Positions 56,439 through 64,000 of a DNA stretch of 64,000 nt are shown here, piece by piece. Where the stretch lies: positions 64,001-128,000 of the forward strand of contig CAVQGX010000046.1 of assembly GCA_963712115.1 (NCBI GenBank). The letters run 5' to 3'. How positions within the stretch are numbered: position 1 is the first letter of the stretch; each line of letters begins with the position of its first letter. Made by a program: the position numbers and the translations under genes. The notes below the pieces were generated by a model. The model saw only the letters and a list, made by a program, of their open reading frames with translations, had not been told where the DNA came from and searched no databases. The DNA comes from an uncultured delta proteobacterium (GTDB lineage Bacteria > Desulfobacterota > Syntrophobacteria > BM002).

Positions 56439-58848
56439 AAGTATTCTGCATCTCGCCCTCAGCCTGCTCCGAATCACCATCATTTTCAAGCCCAGCCAGT
56501 TCCTCCTTTGTGGGTTTTAGCTGCACCTTCTCGATCCCGCCCCGAATTACCGCACCCTTGGCACCACGATTGTAGATGGGCATTTCTGCCACAGCCATTT
56601 CTTTTTCCTTTCCCTTCTTGTTCCGGACTATAAGGAAATCGTCTTGATTCACCATAAAGAAATCCTTTACACCCGGTGGATCGGGCTTAATGAGCCTGAT
56701 CCCGCGGCCAGCTCCCGCCAAGACATTCACCTGCCCCATTGGCGTAACCAGGACCCTACGGTTGGTGGCTATGGCCAGGAGTGGTCTTTCCACTGGACGC
56801 ACACCAGCTACTTCATCACCAGAGCGAAGCCGAATCAGGGTTCGTCCGGCTCTAGCACTGGGATCCTTCAGACTGCTGCGCTCGAAACAAAACCCCATTC
56901 CCTGGCGGGTTACCACCAGACAAAGGGGTGGAGGTGATTCTGGCGATACCCCCTTGCCAGGTTCTGCATCCTTACCCAGGTCAGGAAAAAACGTCAGTTG
57001 CCCTGGTTCAGCTTGACCATCACCTGTGTCTGATTGCACCATGAAAGAGATATCCAACCCAGCTCCAGGCTCAGGTTCCGCAGCTAAGGCTGCTACGATC
57101 TTTTCCTCGTCTTGAAAGTTGAAGACGGTTTGAATTGGGTCCCCATAGCCTTTCCCGGAGACATCCAGATCGTAAACACGACTAATATAAACTTTGCCAA
57201 AATTCGAGAAGAAGGCAACCGCCTCTCTGGTGTTGGACCTTATTACGGCCTGCACCTCGTCACCTTCTTTGAGCATCTGGGTGCTTGGATCGTAGGACTT
57301 CACCCGCTTGAGCCAGCCATTTCGGGTGATCACCACATAGACATCTTCATGGATCACAAAATCTTCTTTGTCATAGGTGAGTTGCGGCCCGTCAGCGATC
57401 ACAGCAGTAAGCCGCTTGTCGCCATAGGTCTTCTTCATTTCAGTGATTTCTTTTCGCACTTCCTTCCAGACCCTGGCCCGGCTGGCCAAGATAGTGTTGA
57501 TCTGCTTTAGCCGCTTTTCCTTCCCGGCCAGCTCTTCCTCTATTTTACTTACCTCCAACCTTACTAGGGCGTGTAAGCGAAGATCCAGAATTGCTTTCGC
57601 CTGTTCGTCATCCAGGTCGAAACGACCCTTTAGATTGTCGTGGGCCTCCTGTCTATCCAGGGCCACACGAATAATTGCGATTGCAGCGTCCAAATCGACA
57701 AAGATCTTGATGAAACCTAAAAGTATATGGATTCTCCTTTCCAGGCTGGCTCTCTCGAACTCTAGTTTGCCCACAATCACTTCTTTACGAAAATCAAGAA
57801 AATGATTGAGAATCTCCTTTATGGACAGCCGTTCTGGAGTCGCTGAGGGGGTCAAGCAAGTGAAGTTAAGGGGGAAGTTTATCTCCATATCAGTGTGTTT
57901 GAACAGAAAAGTCTTTACCTTTTCGGGGTCTACTTTGCCGTCTTTTAATTCCAGCACAACTCGCACGCTTTCGGCGCTCTCGTCCTTCACGTCGTTAACC
58001 ATGAGAAGCTTTTTCGAAAGGATCAACTCGGCGATTTTCTCAACCAGACGCGATTTGTTAACTGAATATGGCAGTGAAGTGATGACCAACTGCTTCATAC
58101 CCCTTTTGAGGTTTTCCACCTCGAACTCTCCCCGCACCTTAATGCTGCCTTTGCCGCGGCGGTATATCTCACTTAAATCTTTGGGCGAGGAGATAATCTG
58201 GCCGCCGGTGGGAAAATCGGGTCCCTTGATCCGAGCCATTATCTCAGCGGTGTCGGCGTCTTCGTTGCCGATCAAATTAATCAGAGCATCACAGACCTCG
58301 CTTAGGTTGTGGGGGGGGATATTTGTGGCCATGCCCACGGCAATTCCACTAGAGCCGTTAATCAGCAGATTAGGTATCCGCGACGGCAACACGGCTGGCT
58401 CAGTAAGAGTGCCGTCGTAATTGTCTCTGAAAGCTACTGTCTGCGCCTTAAGATCAGCTAACAACTCCCCCGCAATGGCGGTAAGTTTTGCTTCCGTGTA
58501 GCGCATGGCTGCAGCGGAGTCGCCATCTAGGGAGCCGAAATTTCCTTGCCCATCCACCAGAGGATATCTGAGAGAAAAGTCTTGAGCCATTCGCACCATG
58601 GCATCGTAGACGGCAGCATCACCATGGGGGTGGTATTTTCCTATAACCTCCCCCACCACTCTGGCAGACTTCACGTGACGGGCAGCCTGCCTCGCCCCGA
58701 TTGTGTCCATGGCGTAGATGATGCGCCGATGTACCGGCTTGAGACCGTCACGTACATCGGGAAGGGCTCGGGAAACAATGGTAGAAAGGGCATAGGCAAG
58801 ATAGCGGGATTCAACTTCTTCATGAAGGATGGTTTGGGAAACCCCCAT
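56437..58848 (-). CDS. parC: Type IIA topoisomerase A subunit, topoisomerase IV-like
   Basis: [37 protein letters not shown]; no GyrA-box; GGAGA RBS supports ATG 58848. Confidence 0.8.
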   Translation of the reverse strand: MGVSQTILHEEVESRYLAYALSTIVSRALPDVRDGLKPVHRRIIYAMDTIGARQAARHVKSARVVGEVIGKYHPHGDAAVYDAMVRMAQDFSLRYPLVDGQGNFGSLDGDSAAAMRYTEAKLTAIAGELLADLKAQTVAFRDNYDGTLTEPAVLPSRIPNLLINGSSGIAVGMATNIPPHNLSEVCDALINLIGNEDADTAEIMARIKGPDFPTGGQIISSPKDLSEIYRRGKGSIKVRGEFEVENLKRGMKQLVITSLPYSVNKSRLVEKIAELILSKKLLMVNDVKDESAESVRVVLELKDGKVDPEKVKTFLFKHTDMEINFPLNFTCLTPSATPERLSIKEILNHFLDFRKEVIVGKLEFERASLERRIHILLGFIKIFVDLDAAIAIIRVALDRQEAHDNLKGRFDLDDEQAKAILDLRLHALVRLEVSKIEEELAGKEKRLKQINTILASRARVWKEVRKEITEMKKTYGDKRLTAVIADGPQLTYDKEDFVIHEDVYVVITRNGWLKRVKSYDPSTQMLKEGDEVQAVIRSNTREAVAFFSNFGKVYISRVYDLDVSGKGYGDPIQTVFNFQDEEKIVAALAAEPEPGAGLDISFMVQSDTGDGQAEPGQLTFFPDLGKDAEPGKGVSPESPPPLCLVVTRQGMGFCFERSSLKDPSARAGRTLIRLRSGDEVAGVRPVERPLLAIATNRRVLVTPMGQVNVLAGAGRGIRLIKPDPPGVKDFFMVNQDDFLIVRNKKGKEKEMAVAEMPIYNRGAKGAVIRGGIEKVQLKPTKEELAGLENDGDSEQAEGEMQNT

Positions 58849-58983
58849 AGGCAGGTTTTCTCCTTTAAAGTTTACACTAGACAACCTCCTTTGCTGGCGA
58901 CTTGTAGCACCTGCAGTCACCACTGTCAAGTCGTAGTGAGCCAGCAATTTTACAAAATTTACTATCAGAAGGTCGTCGGGAGG

Positions 58984-59210
58984 AAATTCGAAATCCTAAG
59001 CACTAAATCCTAAACAAATTCAAATGTCCAAAGCACAAAATCCCAAACGTTTTGAGAAAAGACGCATTGTGAACTTATTTATGAAATCATCAATGCGGTA
59101 CCCGAAATATTATCTCTTAAATATATTATTTTATACCTATTATGGTTTTGAACATTTGGTAATTCGGATTTCGCATTTGTTTCGGATTTAGGATTTAGAT
59201 ATTAGGATTT
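58984..59210. repeat. ~66 bp AAATCCT / AGGATTT inverted arms around an AT-rich spacer
   Basis: Arms align with those at 31694-31854; spacer ~95 nt and unrelated to the spacer there. Confidence 0.85.
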
Positions 59211-59330
59211 GAAGCCGAGATTGACGTGCAGGAGGGCTATCATATCCCATGGCCTGTTAACTTCCTGTTGAATTATCCTCGTTTTTGTTGTCTCATAGGG
59301 ACAATTTAAGCCCGGCTAGGGGAGGAGATC

Positions 59331-60389
59331 ATGAAAGACCTAATAAAGCTTTTGGAAGAATTCTCTTCCTGCCCCGGACCACCGGGGGGGGAAGAACCGG
59401 TAGCCAGTCTAATCAGAAAACATTTGAAGCCTCAGTGTCAGATTCAACGTGACGGCCTGGGCTCTCTCATCGCAGTTAAGGAAGGAACGAGGAAGCAGCC
59501 GCGCATTATGCTCACGGCCCACATGGACGAGGTGGGCTTCATGCTGCAGAATATCACCAAGGATGGTTACTTGCGGCTCCAGCCATTAGGTGGCTGGATC
59601 GCCAGCCACCTGCCTGGCCAGCGGCTATTTGTTCATGGGCGCAAAGGGTCAGTCGAGGGAATTGTAGCCTCCATACCCCCTCATTTCACCAAAGAGCAGA
59701 AAAGCGAGACAAAGGTTGAAGACCTGCTGCTCGATGTGGGTGCTGTTTCAAGAGAGCAGGTTGCCTCTTTGGGGTTACAACTGGGGGATCTCATAACACC
59801 GGTCAGCCACTTCGCTGTTTACAACAAGAAATTTCTTGCCAATAAGGCTTGGGATGATAGGGTCGGCTGCGCGGTGCTGGTGGCTGCCATGCAAAAGCTC
59901 AAGAAACATCCAAATACTGTGGTGGCCGCGGCAACTGTACAAGAGGAAGTGGGGTCTAGGGGTGCGGTAACTGCAGTTGAGGTGGCGAAACCGCAGGCGG
60001 CCATTGTGCTTGAAGGTCCACCGGCAGATGACCTCCCGGGAGTAGCCAAGGACAGTCCCCAGGGAGCTTTGGGCAAGGGCTGCCAGATCCGCCTCTACGA
60101 TCCTTCCATCATTATCCACCGTCGATTCTGGCAGTGGGTTACAGAACTCGCTCAAGCAAAAAAGATCGCTCACCAATTGGCTGTACGCCAGAGTGGAGCA
60201 ACGGACGCTCGTGCCATTCATCTGGCTCAGGGTGGCATTCCCACGGTAGTGCTCGGCGTCCCGGTCCGCCACGCCCACAGCCACAGCGGCTTAATTAATT
60301 TGCAGGATGTTCAAGCCACCCTGGATCTCACATTAGCGATTCTGGAGAAACTGGACAATAAAACCCTTAAATCCCTTTTGCCAGCGTAG
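59331..60389 (+). CDS. M42 family (TET) aminopeptidase
   Basis: AHMDEVG, KAWDDRVG, QEEVG.RGA, G.TDA, HAHS. Confidence 0.95.
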   Translation: MKDLIKLLEEFSSCPGPPGGEEPVASLIRKHLKPQCQIQRDGLGSLIAVKEGTRKQPRIMLTAHMDEVGFMLQNITKDGYLRLQPLGGWIASHLPGQRLFVHGRKGSVEGIVASIPPHFTKEQKSETKVEDLLLDVGAVSREQVASLGLQLGDLITPVSHFAVYNKKFLANKAWDDRVGCAVLVAAMQKLKKHPNTVVAAATVQEEVGSRGAVTAVEVAKPQAAIVLEGPPADDLPGVAKDSPQGALGKGCQIRLYDPSIIIHRRFWQWVTELAQAKKIAHQLAVRQSGATDARAIHLAQGGIPTVVLGVPVRHAHSHSGLINLQDVQATLDLTLAILEKLDNKTLKSLLPA

Positions 60390-60395
60390 TGGATC

Positions 60396-60493
60396 GACAC
60401 GGCGATACGGTGACCTGGCGACACGGAGATAACTTGACACTACAATGGCTTGTATTCAATCGCCGTATCTCCCCTTCTCCTTTTCCCCGCGTC
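60396..60493. repeat. Inverted octamer arms (GACACGGC / CGCCGTAT family)
   Basis: gacacggcgatacggtgacctggcgacacggagat ... atcgccgtatctccccttctccttttccccgcgtc. Confidence 0.75.
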
Positions 60494-60532
60494 ACATTGC
60501 TTACCTAAAGACAGAAGGTTACGGCATCAGAT

Positions 60533-61561
60533 ATGCACAAAGATTTCGGCCTAATCTACCTAACTCACGACCTGCCCGGCACCGGCGGTCGCATCAAAGA
60601 AAAGGTGGAAGATTTCATCGTTGAAGAGGTCCCACTTTACCAATTTTCAGACGAGGGGGGCTTCGCCTTTCTTTTCGTGGAAAAAAACAACCTTTCCAGC
60701 CTGGATCTGGTGAATGTCATACGGGAACATTTAGACCTCGAAGACCACGAGGTTGGCGTGGCGGGCTGGAAAGACAAACGTGCCATTACCCGCCAGTGGA
60801 TTTCTCTTCCCCGTGAGAAAACATCTGAAGACCGATTAGCCGCGCTGACCGATAAAGGTATAAAGATCCTGCAAAAGAGATGTCACTCCAACAAGCTCCG
60901 TATCGGACACCTTTTAGGAAACCGTTTTTCCGTTCTTATCCGAAAACCAGATCCACAAGCTGAAAATAGGGCCGCATCCATCATCCAACGTCTGCTGATA
61001 CATGGCCTTCCCAACTTTTATGGAGGTCAACGCTTCGGCGCTGGAGGTGACAATCCGCAAAAAGGCCTGGCGTTGTTACTGGGGAAATATCGTCTTCGCT
61101 CGGTGCGTAAGAGGAAACTTTTGATCAGCGCCTATAGCTCCCTCCTTTTTAACCTCACCCTGAAAGATCGCATAGAGCAGGACCTTTTCACCAGACTACT
61201 TCCTGGCGACATTGCCAAAAAGCATGACACTGGAGGACTTTTCTTGGTCAGTGATGCGGCTAAGGAACAGCCTCGGGCAGACCGGTTGGAGATAAGTGCC
61301 ACAGGTCCCATTTGGGGAAAGAAGATGAGAAGGGCTGGGGAAGAAGCCGGTGCTCTCGAGGAAAGAATCCTCACCTCGCAGGGTTTGACACCAGATGTTT
61401 TTCACAAACAACCAGGAAGCAGGAGATCCCTTAGGGTGGTTATAAGGGAATTTACCATGCAGTCAGAGTTAGAGGGGCTGCGGTTGGAATTTTTTCTGCC
61501 TAAAGGTTCTTACGCTACTGTCTTGCTCGACGAGATAATGAAGATCAGCCCGGATGTTTGA
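60533..61561 (+). CDS. truD: tRNA pseudouridine-13 synthase
   Basis: EDF.VEE, AG.KDKRAIT.Q, G.L.GNRF, PNFYG.QRFG, F.LPKGSYAT. Confidence 0.95.
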   Translation: MHKDFGLIYLTHDLPGTGGRIKEKVEDFIVEEVPLYQFSDEGGFAFLFVEKNNLSSLDLVNVIREHLDLEDHEVGVAGWKDKRAITRQWISLPREKTSEDRLAALTDKGIKILQKRCHSNKLRIGHLLGNRFSVLIRKPDPQAENRAASIIQRLLIHGLPNFYGGQRFGAGGDNPQKGLALLLGKYRLRSVRKRKLLISAYSSLLFNLTLKDRIEQDLFTRLLPGDIAKKHDTGGLFLVSDAAKEQPRADRLEISATGPIWGKKMRRAGEEAGALEERILTSQGLTPDVFHKQPGSRRSLRVVIREFTMQSELEGLRLEFFLPKGSYATVLLDEIMKISPDV

Positions 61562-61722
61562 TGAATTGCTGTCACGAGACCACTAAGATGGGCGTGCCAC
61601 CGGGCAACCGCAGGGGTTGGTCCCGAGGCGTACCTAAATGGTACGTCGCAGGGGACACCAGAGGACGCGGAAGGGCGACCATATCCGTGGTCGCAGTAAG
61701 CGATTCATCAAACATCCGGGCT
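61547..61722. mobile_element. MITE family A copy with perfect 20 bp TIR overlapping two convergent gene ends
   Basis: agcccggatgtttgatgaat / attcatcaaacatccgggct. Confidence 0.9.
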
Positions 61723-62205
61723 AACGATTTCCTCAAACCTGTTCAGTTCCATGTTCTTCCTAATTTTACTCGGATGGTAAATGCGTCCGTTGAATGCGAT
61801 GTAGACACCAGCAGGCAAAACTTGCACCGCAATCACTGCAGAACCGATATTAAAGGGGGCATCGCTGACCTTTGATCTGGCGGGTTCGATCGCTCCTGTT
61901 AGTACTATAACTTTGTTTGGAATACCTATCAGCCTTTGTGCCGTTTCAATCATAGTGTCAGTACCGTGAATCACTATGACATATTTATGGGCATCGGATG
62001 ATATCTTATTAAACAAAAGCCGACGATCATCATCAGTCATATCGAGGCTATCTTTCTTAAACAAGGATTCACACTCATAGTCAAAATTAACCTGGGATTC
62101 GCTCAATGTCTGTTCCACTGTTGGCTCACCCACCTCATACTTACTCTTTTTGTCAAAATAAACCTTGTCTATCGTACCCCCTGTGGTATAGATCTTGATC
62201 TTCAT
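61708..62205 (-). CDS. Short single-domain L-asparaginase-family protein (~165 aa)
   Basis: TTGGTIDK, KDS..M, HGTDTM, VLTGA..P, DA.FN.G; true start ATG 62205. Confidence 0.9.
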   Translation of the reverse strand: MKIKIYTTGGTIDKVYFDKKSKYEVGEPTVEQTLSESQVNFDYECESLFKKDSLDMTDDDRRLLFNKISSDAHKYVIVIHGTDTMIETAQRLIGIPNKVIVLTGAIEPARSKVSDAPFNIGSAVIAVQVLPAGVYIAFNGRIYHPSKIRKNMELNRFEEIVSPDV

Positions 62206-62236
62206 ATTTCTTTTCTCACTACCCTCTACCTTACAG

Positions 62237-64000
62237 TTACCAACCGCCGCCGCCGCCACCCCCGCCGCCGCCGCCGGACGATCCTCCTCCGCCACTTCCA
62301 GAAGATGAGCCAGGTGCGGTGGAAGAAGAAGATATAGCTCCTGTAAGGGAACTACCCAGGCTGGATGCAACTCCCGTTATACCATCCGTTCTCCAGGAAT
62401 TTCCACTATACCAGTTGGGGCGGTATCTTCCCCCCACAGCACTCGCGGCCAGCACAGTGGCGAATTGCTCACTCCATTCATGTTCCACATCTAGGGCCAA
62501 GGCATAAGGAAGGTATTTTTCGAACAGTTCCGGAGTCTTCTCTGGTGGATTCAGGATATTCAGCCGCTCTTTTTCCGCCACCGAGAGGTAGAGCTTAAAT
62601 CCCTCGATTTTGTCCATGAGCTTTCTGCCCATTAAGGTAGGGGCTTTCAACAGATGGTAAAAAATCGCGTTGATGAAAACTATTACCACAAGAGTGATCC
62701 CGGCAAAAGGTGATACAGCGGATGAGAATGCTACCAGGCCGAAAATTTCCCCGGCGAAAAATGGTAGGGCAAAAAGCGTTACTCCTATTGCACCAGTACC
62801 GGGAAATAAAAGGAACCCGCCTGAGCCAAGAACTGACTTCCAGGCATTTATCACCATCAAGCCCAGAAAGAAGCACCCTGCCGTCCATATTGACAACCAA
62901 AAACACATGAAGACTGCAACTGGTAAGTTCTCGGCAGTGAGAATTACCGAGGCAAGGGTCACAAATGTAATAACCAATCCGACAATAAAATAGCTGGAGT
63001 TGAGAATAAAATACTTCTTGTTTGCCCCTTTCATTAGATACTTTTGCAGCTCCTCTAAGGCACCGCCAATCTTCTCGTGGTTTGAGTTCTTTAGTTTGAT
63101 TTTGTCGCTACCGCCGAAAAGCTTCCGGGCAATTTTCACCTCACCCCCAGACAACTTGGCCTCACCACCACCTGTCCTCTTGAGGGTGAAAGTACCCGCC
63201 TCGTCTTCTTTGATGGTTAAGTAGCCCTTTACCGCCATGTTGACCACTGCCACTGCAAACAACTTGTGGTCGAGGCGGCCCAAACGCATAATCAATCGTG
63301 CCAAAGCCGGGGAAACCCATTTGGGCGGAGAAAAAAGGGGAAAAATAGTCCCCTCTGGCGGATCTTTGCCCACCTGATACCAAGCGACAAAATAGAAAAA
63401 GGTGAGCGCTAATAGCCCAATTAATGCCGCAGCTACAGCACCGTTGTCCTTCAACATATAGCTCAGTTTTTCCTCGCTAGTAGGCTGGGTTACAAAACCC
63501 TTGGGCCAGGCCACGGCTATGGTCAAACCCTCTTTGGGCATGAGTGTTCTGGTGGTAGTGAAGATAATATTGCCGTATTGGTCATAATCTGTGATGAAAT
63601 CCTGACCTTTTTCTCCGAATCTCCCAGTATAGGCAGCGCTCTTGAGAACATCTGCCCCCGGAGGTAGCACCACCAGCGCCTCAACCTTTTCGATAACGAA
63701 CTCCCAGCCGTTGCCGGTGACATTCCAGTAAAGCTCGTCGAAATCGTCGAAAAAACCCAGTTGACGATCTGTTTTGTAAGTGATGGTGTAGGTGTAGGTT
63801 CCAGGTTTGAGCAATACCTCTTTCTTTCCTATATACACTCTTTTGCCGTTCGAGAGCTCTTTGAAGTGGTAAGGCTCGGAAAAACCGTCGCGAAGAACCT
63901 CTAACACCTCGAAACCCACCTTGACCTTATTACCGTAACGGTCTTTGTATTTTGTCGGGAAGTCACGGTAAATGCCTCGTTTGATCTGTTGCCTGGCACA
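62237..64000 (-). CDS. DUF2207-family membrane protein (5' end beyond window)
   Basis: Frame open to the window edge (IKRGIYRDFP), ELYWNVTG, FEKYLPYA.AL, Gly-rich GGGGGGW end. Confidence 0.9.
   Translation of the reverse strand, partial: CARQQIKRGIYRDFPTKYKDRYGNKVKVGFEVLEVLRDGFSEPYHFKELSNGKRVYIGKKEVLLKPGTYTYTITYKTDRQLGFFDDFDELYWNVTGNGWEFVIEKVEALVVLPPGADVLKSAAYTGRFGEKGQDFITDYDQYGNIIFTTTRTLMPKEGLTIAVAWPKGFVTQPTSEEKLSYMLKDNGAVAAALIGLLALTFFYFVAWYQVGKDPPEGTIFPLFSPPKWVSPALARLIMRLGRLDHKLFAVAVVNMAVKGYLTIKEDEAGTFTLKRTGGGEAKLSGGEVKIARKLFGGSDKIKLKNSNHEKIGGALEELQKYLMKGANKKYFILNSSYFIVGLVITFVTLASVILTAENLPVAVFMCFWLSIWTAGCFFLGLMVINAWKSVLGSGGFLLFPGTGAIGVTLFALPFFAGEIFGLVAFSSAVSPFAGITLVVIVFINAIFYHLLKAPTLMGRKLMDKIEGFKLYLSVAEKERLNILNPPEKTPELFEKYLPYALALDVEHEWSEQFATVLAASAVGGRYRPNWYSGNSWRTDGITGVASSLGSSLTGAISSSSTAPGSSSGSGGGGSSGGGGGGGGGGGW

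Noticed and set aside
57806-58420. Long antisense ORFs (also 7218-7778, 22098-22706, 26531-27139, 54139-54735, 59775-60284)
   Set aside because: Shadows of well-supported genes on the opposite strand with no independent motifs.
54172-58848. DNA gyrase gyrA/gyrB
   Set aside because: No GyrA-box in the A-subunit CTD; called topo IV-like instead.
62237-62335. GCC-rich microsatellite
   Set aside because: It encodes the normal Gly/Ser-rich C-terminal tail of DUF2207 proteins.
1-64000. tRNA, rRNA, tmRNA, SRP RNA, prophage, integrase or autonomous transposase
   Set aside because: No diagnostic motifs recognised by eye; a covariance-model scan would be needed to exclude divergent RNAs.

Overview
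Chromosomal, mostly core/metabolic segment of an anaerobic deltaproteobacterium (Desulfobacterota-like; inferred from gene content). It holds about 55 protein genes: an AlkP-family enzyme, a sigma54-driven type IV pilin and an unusual PilP, an orphan NuoEFG-like (HydBC/HoxEFU/BamGHI-type) flavin/FeS module, dinB, two atypical histidine kinases, serA, queF-yhhQ, an 18 kb catabolic block (FadR-type TetR with operator, fadE-A-B, livKHMGF, a liu-like leucine/isovalerate cluster), rlmD, a topoisomerase IV-like parE/parC pair, M42 peptidase, truD, a short asparaginase and a DUF2207 gene cut by the window end. I saw no rRNA, tRNA, CRISPR array, integrase or transposase. The most striking structure is non-coding. 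About 25 intergenic spaces carry imperfect 7-9 nt tandem-repeat arms arranged as left arm / spacer / reverse-complement right arm, with fixed polarity per family and nesting up to three deep. There are also three families of MITE-like elements: two share a GAGGCGTAC-N5-7-GTACGYCGCA core, and one copy supplies the C-terminal residues and stop codons of both genes flanking it. All product calls come from motif recognition by eye; no database search was run.
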